Assembly: GCA_963665815.1 (NCBI GenBank)
Contig: OY762463.1
Coordinates: 3,552,001-3,616,000 of the forward strand
Source of the DNA: Candidatus Cloacimonadales bacterium
Lineage (GTDB): Bacteria; Cloacimonadota; Cloacimonadia; Cloacimonadales; JAIOQZ01
Direction: 5' to 3'
DNA: 64,000 nucleotides
How positions within the stretch are numbered: the first letter of the stretch is position 1; every line of letters begins with the position of its first letter. The notes beneath the pieces were generated by a model. The model was not told the DNA's origin, did no database searches, and saw nothing but the letters and a program-made list of their open reading frames with translations. Positions 30,569-41,151 of this stretch are shown here, one piece after another. The position numbers and the translations under genes were made by a program.

Positions 30569-31726
30569 ATGAGAAGATTATTATTTACAATTATTATTTT
30601 CAGTTTTCTGATACCGTTATTCTCAATCAGCAAAGGTGATAGCGATGAACAGAAAATTACATTTTCAAAAGGGACAAAGTTCACTGATGTAATGATGATG
30701 CTGGAAGAAGTAGCACTTAGAACAGAAGGCAAGAAAGTTGTTAATCTCAGTTCAGTTAGTGTACCTATAAGCATATCTCTGAATCAAGTTAACTGGAAAC
30801 AGGCTATTGTAATTGTTGCGGCAGTATATGATCTTGAAGTGGAAGAAAAGCCCGGAGCAATTGTGCTCAAAGATAAAGTTGTAGAAGAGGATTCTACTGA
30901 AGAAAAGAAAGTATCTACATCCGATGAACAGGTTAAAATCAGTGCAGTATTTTTTAAAGCTGATAAATCTTTCCTGAGAAGTGTTGGTATTAACTGGAAT
31001 TCTCTCGCAGATGGAACAGTTGGTATTGATGGATCAATTACTCCCGGTGATGTTGCTGATGAAATCCTCAGTGCAAGGGTAAGTAATTCCGGAACAATTT
31101 TTAATGATGTCAGATTCGATGTGGAAGCATTGATCGAAGCAATGGAATCCAGCCAGAAAGGTTCAGTTCTTGCAAGACCTTCCGTTTCTGTCCTCTCAGG
31201 AAAGATCGGTTATATCCAGGTTGGTGAAGACTTCTCTATCAAATCTACAGATGATGCCGGTAATACTATCGATAAATTCTTCTCAACCGGTGTAATTATG
31301 AATGTTGAACCAACTGTTATTCATGAAGAAGGTGTTTCAGCGATTCATTTAAAGACAAAAGTAGAGAAAAGTTCAGCGATTCCCGGTGATGTAAGTACGA
31401 TAATACAAAAATCACAATCTACAACTGAAGTTCTTCTTTTCGATAAAGAACAGACAGTAATCGGTGGATTGTATGATACTGATATAAGCTATGAAAGAGC
31501 AGGTATTCCTTTCCTCAAGGATTTACCATGGTGGGTTCTTGGGATAAAATACCTTACGGGATATTCAAAAGAGAAAAAGGACACTACTGAGATGATTATA
31601 ATTCTCAGCGCTGAAATAGTACCAAGCCTTGATGATAGAATAAAAGATAAGATATCCAAAAAGAAACAAGTTGATAAAGTTAGAAAAGGATTTAAAGACG
31701 CCGAAGAATTATTCGAGCTTGAATAA
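30569..31726 (+). CDS. Compact secretin (PilQ/GspD family)
   Basis: Signal peptide; VLARPSVSVLSGKIGYIQVG, TVIGGL and GIPFLKDLP secretin motifs. Confidence 0.9.
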   Translation: MRRLLFTIIIFSFLIPLFSISKGDSDEQKITFSKGTKFTDVMMMLEEVALRTEGKKVVNLSSVSVPISISLNQVNWKQAIVIVAAVYDLEVEEKPGAIVLKDKVVEEDSTEEKKVSTSDEQVKISAVFFKADKSFLRSVGINWNSLADGTVGIDGSITPGDVADEILSARVSNSGTIFNDVRFDVEALIEAMESSQKGSVLARPSVSVLSGKIGYIQVGEDFSIKSTDDAGNTIDKFFSTGVIMNVEPTVIHEEGVSAIHLKTKVEKSSAIPGDVSTIIQKSQSTTEVLLFDKEQTVIGGLYDTDISYERAGIPFLKDLPWWVLGIKYLTGYSKEKKDTTEMIIILSAEIVPSLDDRIKDKISKKKQVDKVRKGFKDAEELFELE

Positions 31727-31790
31727 CCTTTTCTGTTGTGTTAAATGTAATAATGATTAGATTGTTTTTTAAAAACAGATTGAGACAGAT

Positions 31791-32654
31791 ATGACGAATT
31801 TCTCTTATGAGCTATTAAGAAAATTATTGGATAAAATGCCGACTTTCCCGGCATCTGTGACAAAGATTCTGCAGATGATGGATCGTCCGGATATTACTTT
31901 CGAACAAATCGAAAAAGTAGCAAAGTTTGACCCTATAATAACAGTGAAAATACTCAGCCTTGTTAACTCTGCACATTTTGGTTTAAGAAATAGGGTGACT
32001 TCGATCAATCATGCAATATCATTGCTTGGAATAAGGAAAACAAGAAACCTGCTTATAAGTATTGCGACAATAGGTTCTCTACCAAGAATACAGTCTGTAG
32101 GCAAGTTTAATCTAAACACTTTCCTTATCCATTCACTTGGAACAGCAGTTATCTCCAGAATACTTGCCAAGGAATTGAGGATTTCTCCAACAGATCCTGA
32201 GGAATACTTCATTTCCGGTTTACTTCATGATTTTGGCAAAATTGTAATGATATTCTATAAGCCTGATCAATACAAGTATGCTATTAATGCATCTGAAAGA
32301 AAGAAAGTAAACCTTTACAAACAGGAAGAGATTTTCTTCGGTAAAAACCATGCTTTCATTGGTTTCGCTTTATCCAGACACTGGAAACTTTCAGGATTTA
32401 TAGAGTCAGCAATTCATTATCATCACAGTGTAGACTATATTGCAGAAAAATACCTGATTGATGTTGCTATTATTCACGCTGCTAACTGTATTGCAAACCA
32501 GAATGAAATTGGTGTAAGTGGTGATTATGGATCGAATGTTATAGATCCTCGCATTGCAGAAATGCTTAAACTAAATGTTGATGATCTTCCTGATATTCTT
32601 GCAGATCTCGACGATGAGGTCGATAAGGCGAAAGTATTCCTTAACATTTTGTAA
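31791..32654 (+). CDS. HDOD domain protein
   Basis: MPTFP, DPIITVKILSLVNSA, GLLHDFGK and HHS motifs. Confidence 0.9.
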   Translation: MTNFSYELLRKLLDKMPTFPASVTKILQMMDRPDITFEQIEKVAKFDPIITVKILSLVNSAHFGLRNRVTSINHAISLLGIRKTRNLLISIATIGSLPRIQSVGKFNLNTFLIHSLGTAVISRILAKELRISPTDPEEYFISGLLHDFGKIVMIFYKPDQYKYAINASERKKVNLYKQEEIFFGKNHAFIGFALSRHWKLSGFIESAIHYHHSVDYIAEKYLIDVAIIHAANCIANQNEIGVSGDYGSNVIDPRIAEMLKLNVDDLPDILADLDDEVDKAKVFLNIL

Positions 32655-32677
32655 ATGATGTTTATTAAGTATAAATC

Positions 32678-32705
32678 AAGCCTGCTGAAATTCAGCAGGC
32701 TTTTT
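32678..32705 (+). terminator. Intrinsic terminator ending the pilus/HDOD region
   Basis: aagcctgctgaa/ttcagcaggctt inverted repeat plus T-run. Confidence 0.8.
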
Positions 32706-32770
32706 ATCTTGCCCTGACAGGGAGTTGCGAATACGTTCCTGACATCGAGTAACTCAATTCCAAAATATAC

Positions 32771-32800
32771 AAAAAACAGCCTCCCAAATGAGAGGCTGTT
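32771..32800 (-). terminator. Intrinsic terminator of the left surface-protein gene
   Basis: aacagcctc/gaggctgtt stem plus T-run on the minus strand; the same element occurs at 55069-55097. Confidence 0.8.
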
Positions 32801-35390
32801 CAACGAAATCTGTTTTACACACCATTCCAAAGGTCTAAAGACCATTTGGAAGGTATGAAACATCTGAGTTATTTAAGCATCAGCATTTTCTTAGTTTGAG
32901 TAATTTCTGAAGTTATGAGTCTGTAAAAGTATACTCCGCTTGATACTGAGTTACCATTGTCATCTCTACCGTTCCAAGTTACTCTGTGATCATCTGCATC
33001 CAATTCTTCATTAACAAGATTTTTTTACTTTCTGACCGTTGATATTGTAGACAGCAAGTTCTACTCTTCCGGCTTTCTTAAGTGAGAATTCAATGTAGGT
33101 TATTGGATTGAATGGGTTAGGATAGTTTCCTTTAAGCTCTGTTATCAGGTTAACATCTTCAGGATCGGTTGCAGTATCGTAATTGATGTAGTAACCAGAA
33201 GAAGAAGTGCCTGAATGATATACTGCTGTAATGGTTGCCAGATATTGCTCACCATCAGTTAAACCGTTTATAACTAAAGATGTGTCTGTAGTGGTCTGGT
33301 CAATATCTGCGACCTGAACTCTGAAGTGCACTAACTCACGCTCACTTAAATTACTCTCAGAATTTTTTTCCGTATATGATGAGCCATCAACAAGAGCTTC
33401 ATCACAATTAACTTTAGTTCTGAATAAACGGTCTCCACACTGCCATACAAGCAGTCTTTCATTGTTAAGCCAGTTTATATTGGTAGGAGCAGTAAATACT
33501 TCGGTTAATTCAACAGTTAAAGCTGTGTTATCTCCTGAAATTATCTGTAATCCTTCTTGAGTAAACTGGTCATGGTCTGTTCTTGCAACTACAAGATTGT
33601 ATGTTCCCGGATACATTCCTTCAAGATCAATATCTCCGTTCTCATCTGATATAACTGAATACTCGGTATTGTCTGAAGGATCTGTCATAATTGCAACTGC
33701 TCCGGCATTATTGCCTGTATTGGAAGTTACATCAATATGAAGTCTACCGAATTCAAGAATGTTAAAGTCTACATCTATGGATTGTCCATCAACTGCGTTG
33801 ATGTTATCAATAATCTGAGTTTCATAACCATCTTTTTCTGCTGTGAGACTGAATGTAGCTGTTGGAAGATTTACAAAACAATATAATCCGGAATTATCTG
33901 AGAAAGTAGAAATTCCATTGCTCAGAGTAAGTTCTGCGTTCGGTACAGGATTATCAAATGTATCTCTTACATATCCTGTAATTATTGCACCCTGTCCCAG
34001 CAGAAAATCAACTATAGTAGTTTGGTCTTGAACAAGCTGAACTCCACCAATAGATTGAGTAGTATAGTTCCTTAACGAAGCAGTTACCGTATAAGTTTCA
34101 GGCGGTATTACCAGTAATTCATAATGACCTGCTGCATCTGTATAAACAACTGTAAAAAGTTCTTCTACAAGAACCTGGACATTATCAAGAGGGTTTCCGG
34201 ATACGTCTGTTATTGTACCGGCAATACCGGTCTGGGAAGGCTGTACATTTACACGAAGAGGTTCTGTTTCATCATTTAATGGAGCTTCATCTCCCTGAAG
34301 AATAACCTTACCATAGATTTCAGTAATACCTTCTACTGAAGGATTCCAGTCAAGGGAGAAATCTATGTTCTGTGCCTGTGTAATTGGCTGTCCGGTAACT
34401 GATGCAAGCTCAGTATTACTTGAGAAAAGTTTTACATCGTATGTGGATTGATCATTGAAACCAATGTTTCTTACAGTTACAGTATATGTAGAGGTTATAC
34501 CTACTCGAGGCATTTCATTTCCGGAAATCAATAATACTGCCAGATCATCATCAGGTGTAATCAAGTTAAGCAAGCTCACATCATCAATTGCGATATCACT
34601 TTCAGAACCGTTTCCAGTGTGACCACTGAATCTGAGATGAATAATCTGACCTGAGAAGATTGACAGATCAACTTCTTGTTCAATCCATTGATCTCCCTGA
34701 TCTCCACTTATTGAGAAGAAACCACTTATCCAGTTGTTTGTACTATGTTTATATACATCAATACTCAGAACTCCCATATCACTACCATACATATGGCTCC
34801 AGAAATACAGTACAGGATAACCATTATTTGTAAGGTCAAATGGTCTTGTTTCTATGTTTGCTGTCATATTGTTGTATCCGGAAGCCTCTGTGTAAATATA
34901 GTAACTTGAACCTGTTGTGTGATCAAATGAAGGTCCGGTATTAGGAGATGTTGTTGAACCTGATTGAATTGTCCAGCCAATATCGTCATTATTGTTCTGA
35001 GACCACCAGCGTGGAATTGATCCGTCGTCAAAATCAGCTGTATATGGATAAGCTGTAATAGTTGGATCCCCACGTACTGTAAAACTCCAAACCGGGCAGT
35101 TTGAAGCAGTTCCATTGTTATTGTAAGGAATAACCTGCCAGTAATATGTTGTTCCATAGGTCAAACCACTATAATCGTAGAACAAACTATTTGCCCTGTC
35201 TACATTATAACGAATATTTGTCGGTGGGTTATCTGTTCCAAAACTAAGATTGTAACCGGTTGCTCCTACAACTCTTTCCCAGTTCAGAGATCCTGCTTCG
35301 AACAAGTTTGTTGCCATATCAGCCGGCATTACAGGATTTGCACATTCCGGAGGGGTTGTGGTATCATAAACACTGACATCATCTATAGCA
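32771..35390 (-). repeat. Left arm of ~2.6 kb imperfect inverted repeat (partner 52485-55097)
   Basis: Near-identical protein and DNA from FTVRGDPTITAYPY to LLVWQCGDRL, plus identical 70-bp and 84-bp blocks. Confidence 0.92.
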
Positions 35391-36841
35391 ATATCTCCAT
35401 AATAACTGGATGTACCAAGAGCTGTATATCTTACAGCCATATTGTCAGACAAGTATGGGGGCAGGTCTATTTCCACATAAGTCCATACAGGACTGTACAA
35501 TAATGACGAAACACTGTTGTGCCAGGTACCATTCGAGAAAATATCGACATTGAGAGTTGACTGGGCAAAAGTTGATTCACCAGGATTTCCACTCCAATAA
35601 TAGAAGGTAAGTGTAGGATTTCCTAATCCGGACATGTCAAATTGGTTTGTTATTATTTCTGCATCATCAGGAGCACGACCAATATCACAAAATCCAAGGA
35701 AATCGCCTGTACCTGTAGTGTGATCTGAACTTGCAGCATGAGACAAGTTCGATTCAATTTCCCATTCATCGTTTGCATTAACTCCTTGAACCCATGATGC
35801 TGGAATTCCATTTTCAAAGTTTTCATTCCATGGGAAAGTCGATACATTAGCGGTAGGATCTTCCATTGTCATAAATATCCATGTATTACCCATTGTAGTA
35901 TAACGAGTATTCGAATTATGTGTATCCACTCTCCATTCATAATACGTATGAGGGTTAAGATTGCTGAATGAATATGAACCAGCATTTTCTACAACAGCAC
36001 CTGAAACAACCTGAGTCATATTTCCTGATTCACCAAACCATAAATCATATGTTTCGGTATCTGAACCAAATTCCCAGGTTAGTGTACCTGTCGGAGAAAC
36101 ACAATATGTTCCTGGAAGCGGGGAAGGATCAACAGCATATTCCGGATAACTAACCTGCGATGTAAACCTTATTGCCATATTATCATAGATATTCGAGTTG
36201 TCATTATAGCAATATTGAAGTCCGATCATTCCATCACTGTTCTCTATACCGATTGTAGAGTTGCGTGTAAAGATATTATTAAACGAATCATACTGAAGTA
36301 TTATATCTCCGTTTTCGAGTAAAATCACTTGAGAACTCAAAATATTAACGCTCTGATTCGGATTTAACAAGTTTGTGCTAAATGATATCAGCAACGCATT
36401 TGAGTTGTCATATACAATATTTTCATATGATGCTGTTGCATAAGGAGAGGGAATACCCGGAACATAATGTATGAAACTCCAGAACCAGGAAATCATATTA
36501 TTCGGAGCATTCAAATTGGGAATTGCATTATTTCCAAATCCATAGTTAGAATTGGTGAATGTAATAAATCCATCTGAGCTCAAATAGAGATTAGTATACG
36601 TGTTATCGTAGAAAGGAAAATTAAATCCTATTGGAAATGGACCTACAATGCCTGCATCACAATTAATTTGAACCTGATTAGCATTCACTGTATCAGGTGT
36701 GATCCAGCTATAGACAGGACCATTGGGATTGTTGCTGTTTGTCCATGAATATCCAAATGCATCAGGTCCTCCTGAAGTTTGTCCATTCAAAGTAATAAAT
36801 GAGAATAAAAGAATAGTGATTAAGACCGTGCTCAGTCTCAT
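32869..36841 (-). pseudogene. Large surface protein (MAM, FN3-like, CARDB, carboxypeptidase-regulatory-like domains, T9SS/FlgD-type CTD), frameshifted in the CTD
   Basis: ORF 33011-36841 stops at QKVKKSC. Removing one A from the A7 tract (33020-33026) restores KNLVNEELDADDHRVTWNGRDDNGNSVSSGVYFYRL...KKMLMLK with a stop at 32869. Could be a sequencing error. Confidence 0.8.
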
Positions 36842-37147
36842 GTAGACCTCCTTATGTATTTGACGAGGTTAAAATTTTATGAGTAACAATGTACATTCTT
36901 AATATATTAATTGATTCGATATTGTCTTTTTTTTGTGAACCTTTACTTATTTTTTTTACAGGCATTACGAGGTTGTTTCTTTATGGTTGATAGTAAAGGA
37001 AACACTTATTATTCTGCTTTATATGGAATTGGAAATTATTATGAAAACAATTCAATAGTAGGGTCTATTTCAGAGGAACATTATATAGTGTAATGTGCTC
37101 AATAGTGAGTGTGTATTTGCTCTTTATAGTGAGTTAGTACAGATACG

Positions 37148-37178
37148 AAAAAAGGCTGTTACAAATTGCAACAGCCTT
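37148..37178 (-). terminator. Intrinsic terminator of ileS
   Basis: aaggctgtt/aacagcctt stem plus T-run on the minus strand. Confidence 0.75.
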
Positions 37179-37199
37179 ATATAATATTCTATTTTCAGA

Positions 37200-40100
37200 T
37201 TATGCTTTTTTTATCAGCAGATGAATTTCCTTACCGTTGATATCCCATTTCTGCATATCTTCAGTAACTTCTGATTCTGAAATGGTCTCGTTTGTGAGAG
37301 TTTCAGATTTGATGTATTCACCGAATCCTTCAAATACTTTGCTTATAACTTCATCTGCGAAGTAGTGAACAACTATTCGGTCCATAATGTCAAAATTACT
37401 GTCTTTTCTGGTAAACTGAATCTTGTTTACAAGCTCTCTTGCATAACCTTCATTTATCAGTTCTTCTGTGAGTTTTGTATCAAGAGCAACAAATATATCT
37501 TTGTCCTTTTCGAAAACAAAGCCTTCTTTTTCTTGTATGGAGAAAATCAGATCAGCTTCTTCAATGTGAAGTGTCTGTCCTTCCGCTTCAATGAAGAATT
37601 TTTCATCTTTGTTGAAAGCTGCAAGAATATGAGCAGGATCAGTCTTCTGAAGCGCACTCTGAATTGCTTTCATAAATTTACCATACTTCGGACCTATTGT
37701 TTTGAAGTTTGGTTTTACAGTATAGGAAACAATAGAGTCGGATTCTGACATATATTTGATTTCCTTCACGTTGATTTCTTCCTTAACCAATTCTTCCATT
37801 GCAGAAATATATTTTTTTTGTGCTTCAGGTACGTAAAGAGCTCCGAGAGTTTGTCTGACTTTAAGCTGAGATGTATTTCTTGCTGCTCTACCAAGAGTAA
37901 CAACATCAACAACTGCTTTCATTCTCTTTTCAATATCAACATCAATCAGATCTTCTCTAACTGCAGGGAAGCTCTGAAGATGAACACTTTTCCCGTTATT
38001 AAGATTACCATAAATCTCTTCTGAGATATACGGAGCAAATGGTGCCATCATTTTTGTTGTTTCAGAAAGAACATACCATAAAGTCATATAGGCATTCTTC
38101 TTGTCTTCAGTAACAGTCATTTCCCAGTATCTTCTTCTGGATCTTCTTACATACCAATTACTGATGTCATCAAGTACAAAACTCTGGATAAGTCTTACAC
38201 TTCTTGTGAGATCGTATTTATCGTTATTTTCCTGAACAGTCTTGACAACAGTATTCAATCGAGATAATATCCATTTATCAAGTTCATTATCCGTATTAAA
38301 ATCATATTCATAATTGAGAGCATCAAAAGAATCGATATTCGCATAAGTTGCGTAGAAAGAATATACATTCTTAAGTGTGTTTATCAGTTTACTGACAATT
38401 TCCTGAACACCTTTCACGTCAAACTTAGTAGGAACCCATGGAGGACTCACAGCAAGCAGGAACCATCTGATTGCATCTGCACCGTATTTATCCATCATTT
38501 CCATTGGATTTACTGTGTTACCGATACGCTTGCTCATTTTTTTGCCTTTAGCATCAAGAATGAGGTCATTTACCAGTACATTTTTATACGGAGCTTTACC
38601 TGTAACGAAAGTTGAGATTGCCAACAGGGAATAGAACCAGCCACGTGTCTGATCAATACCTTCACAGATGAAATCAGCAGGGAAAAGTTCTTTATCGAAT
38701 CTATCTTTGTTCTCAAATGGATAATGCCATTGAGCAAACGGCATTGCACCACTGTCAAACCAGCAGTCGATAACTTCAGGAGTTCTTTCCATTTTCCCGC
38801 CGCATGAACAAGTAAGTTGCACATCATCCACATATGGTCTGTGCAGGTCGATGTCAGCAGTTACTTTTTCACCGTTTTTAAGGGTTCCATGTTCAACAAG
38901 GTCAGCTATTGATCCTATGCTTTTGCGCTCACCACAATCTTTACAAATCCAGAGATTTAAAGGAGTTCCCCAGAATCTGTCACGGCTTAATGCCCAGTCA
39001 ACATTGTTCTCAAGCCATTCACCGAATCTTTTTTCTCCGACAAAGGAAGGATACCAGTTAACACCTTTATTATTGTTTATCAACTGTTCTTTGAATTCTG
39101 TTGTTTTGATATACCAGCTTGAACGAGCAAAGTACAGAAGCGGAGAGTCACATCTCCAGCAGAACGGATAAGTGTGAAGAATCTGCTCTCTTCTATAGAG
39201 TAAACCCCTGTCTTTAAGATTTCTGATGATTGATTTATCAGCATCTTTAACAAATTCACCTTTCCAATCAGTAACCTGTTCAGTGAATTTACCGGCTCCA
39301 TCTACAGGTTGAATAACAGGTAAATTATATTTTCTACCCAGGTTATAGTCATCCTGCCCAAATGCAGGTGCTGTGTGCACAATCCCGGTACCATCACCCA
39401 TTGTTACATAATCTGCCAAACCAACAAACCATGCTTTTGTTTCAGGTTTAACAAAGCTGAATAACGGTTCGTATTCTTTATATTCCAATTCATTACCAAC
39501 ATATTCTTCGATTTCTTCGTACTCTCCGTCAATTACAGAAAGTCTTTCTTTGGCGAGGATCAAATATTCATCATTATGTTTAATCTTAACATATTTTTCG
39601 TCCGGATGCACTACGAGAGCAGCATTGGAGATTAAAGTCCAGGGTGTTGTTGTCCAGGCAAGGAAGTATGTGTTTTCCACATCTTTCATCTTGAATTTGA
39701 TGAAGACAGACGGATCTTCAGCGTCTTTATAACCTTGGGCTACTTCATGACTGGAAAGAGGAGTTCCACAACTAGGGCAGTACGGTACAATTTTGTGACC
39801 TTTATAGATCAATCCTTTTTCATGGAACTGATTGAGTATCCACCAGACAGTTTCGATGTACTCATTTTTAAGAGTAATGTAGGCATTGTCGAGATCAAGC
39901 CAGTAACCCATGGTTCTGGTCATTTCGCGCCATTCTTTCTCATATGAGAAAACGGATTCACGGCATTTTTTATTGAAAGGTTCGATTCCGTAATCTTCGA
40001 TACCTTTTTTATCTTTCAGTCCAAGTTGTTTTTCCACTTCGATTTCTACAGGAAGACCGTGAGTATCCCATCCAGCCTTACGCTTTACCTGAAATCCCTG

Positions 40101-40322
40101 CATTGTTTTATATCGGCAGATTGTGTCTTTGATCGCTCTGGACATCATGTGGTGGATTCCCGGTTTTCCATTAGCTGTAGGAGGTCCCTCAAAGAATACG
40201 AATGCTTCTTTCCCTTCTCTGTTTTCTATTGATTTCTTTTCTGTATCATTTTTTTGCCAGTATTCTCTGACTCTTTTCTCAAAATCAGCTGCTTTTTCTT
40301 TTATATCAATACTTTTATACAT
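37200..40322 (-). CDS. ileS: Isoleucine-tRNA ligase, type 2 (IleRS2)
   Basis: EGPPTANG, GWDTHGLP, WTTTPWTL, DQTRGWFY, KMSKR motifs; IleRS2-type C-terminus. Confidence 0.97.
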   Translation of the reverse strand: MYKSIDIKEKAADFEKRVREYWQKNDTEKKSIENREGKEAFVFFEGPPTANGKPGIHHMMSRAIKDTICRYKTMQGFQVKRKAGWDTHGLPVEIEVEKQLGLKDKKGIEDYGIEPFNKKCRESVFSYEKEWREMTRTMGYWLDLDNAYITLKNEYIETVWWILNQFHEKGLIYKGHKIVPYCPSCGTPLSSHEVAQGYKDAEDPSVFIKFKMKDVENTYFLAWTTTPWTLISNAALVVHPDEKYVKIKHNDEYLILAKERLSVIDGEYEEIEEYVGNELEYKEYEPLFSFVKPETKAWFVGLADYVTMGDGTGIVHTAPAFGQDDYNLGRKYNLPVIQPVDGAGKFTEQVTDWKGEFVKDADKSIIRNLKDRGLLYRREQILHTYPFCWRCDSPLLYFARSSWYIKTTEFKEQLINNNKGVNWYPSFVGEKRFGEWLENNVDWALSRDRFWGTPLNLWICKDCGERKSIGSIADLVEHGTLKNGEKVTADIDLHRPYVDDVQLTCSCGGKMERTPEVIDCWFDSGAMPFAQWHYPFENKDRFDKELFPADFICEGIDQTRGWFYSLLAISTFVTGKAPYKNVLVNDLILDAKGKKMSKRIGNTVNPMEMMDKYGADAIRWFLLAVSPPWVPTKFDVKGVQEIVSKLINTLKNVYSFYATYANIDSFDALNYEYDFNTDNELDKWILSRLNTVVKTVQENNDKYDLTRSVRLIQSFVLDDISNWYVRRSRRRYWEMTVTEDKKNAYMTLWYVLSETTKMMAPFAPYISEEIYGNLNNGKSVHLQSFPAVREDLIDVDIEKRMKAVVDVVTLGRAARNTSQLKVRQTLGALYVPEAQKKYISAMEELVKEEINVKEIKYMSESDSIVSYTVKPNFKTIGPKYGKFMKAIQSALQKTDPAHILAAFNKDEKFFIEAEGQTLHIEEADLIFSIQEKEGFVFEKDKDIFVALDTKLTEELINEGYARELVNKIQFTRKDSNFDIMDRIVVHYFADEVISKVFEGFGEYIKSETLTNETISESEVTEDMQKWDINGKEIHLLIKKA

Positions 40323-40357
40323 TCAGTTCTCCTTAAATTCTATATCGACTCAAATTT

Positions 40358-40609
40358 CTATTCCTGAGTCTCTTCTTCTTCAAAGCTGTCTTTGAAATGC
40401 TCATAAAGTTCAGGAATACCTTCTACATATTCCTTCCATTTTGCGAATGATTTTTCCTTATCAACACATTTTGGACATATAATGAGGAGATTCTCCTGAT
40501 TAGTTCCAATCCACCCTCTGTCAAAACATTTTTTGCAACTTTTTTTAATTCTGGATTCGACAGCGAATTTTTTAGCTGCCTCAAGATGTTTTTCTTCCAG
40601 GATATACAT
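40358..40609 (-). CDS. Small CxxC-CxxC (zinc ribbon-like) hypothetical protein
   Basis: CKKCFDRG..ICPKCV; AGGAG RBS. Confidence 0.75.
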   Translation of the reverse strand: MYILEEKHLEAAKKFAVESRIKKSCKKCFDRGWIGTNQENLLIICPKCVDKEKSFAKWKEYVEGIPELYEHFKDSFEEEETQE

Positions 40610-40627
40610 ATTATCTCCTTTCTTCGA

Positions 40628-41053
40628 TTAATCTATATCAGTTAATCCTTTTGATTTATATACTTTTACGATAGGTTCAGCGAGTTTTTCTGTTTCATGC
40701 ATTCTGAGCTGAAACTGAAGCCTCATGACTTTTCTTATGTCAGAACCACCTTTGAATTTGAATCTCTTCGTTATTCTGCTGGCTACTTCTTTACCACTTT
40801 CAGTTACAAGAGCTATATATATGGGGACTTCATGATCATAAGAAGATGCGTTTTTCACGTAAAAACTGATATCCGCATATCTATCGGACTGTTCTTCAAT
40901 TTTTACATCGTGAAACACTAATGATTCTTTCTGATAATCATTATAACATTTCTTAATATAGAATCCTAACAGTATTGCAACCAGAAGCAGCATTTTAATA
41001 CCATTAGGAACCACTCTCCTCTCGGAAGTTTTCTGTCCGCCAAAAACAGCCAT
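40628..41053 (-). CDS. Membrane-anchored hypothetical protein
   Basis: AGGAG RBS, one TM segment, beta-rich C-terminus. Confidence 0.7.
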   Translation of the reverse strand: MAVFGGQKTSERRVVPNGIKMLLLVAILLGFYIKKCYNDYQKESLVFHDVKIEEQSDRYADISFYVKNASSYDHEVPIYIALVTESGKEVASRITKRFKFKGGSDIRKVMRLQFQLRMHETEKLAEPIVKVYKSKGLTDID

Positions 41054-41151
41054 GTTATCTCCTGAACTAATTTAACTATAATTTTCTTGTCAAATCCGGC
41101 AAAAATATTTTTAAAGAATTATGCAAATAAATTATATGTCAATGAGAAACC

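Noticed and set aside
19858..31726. Type II secretion or Tad system
   Set aside because: A PilT-family retraction ATPase and a PilB/PilC pair are present, with no Tad/Flp components.
32710..32760. Small stems (ccct/aggg, gagttgc/gtaactc) between two convergent terminators
   Set aside because: Too short and weak to distinguish from chance.
32525..32863. 112-aa minus-strand ORF after the left surface-protein gene
   Set aside because: It runs through two terminators and antisense into the HDOD gene.
36911..37093. 60-aa ORF containing VDSKGNTYYS, reminiscent of a beta-propeller repeat
   Set aside because: No convincing RBS or start, and too short to support; at most a gene remnant.
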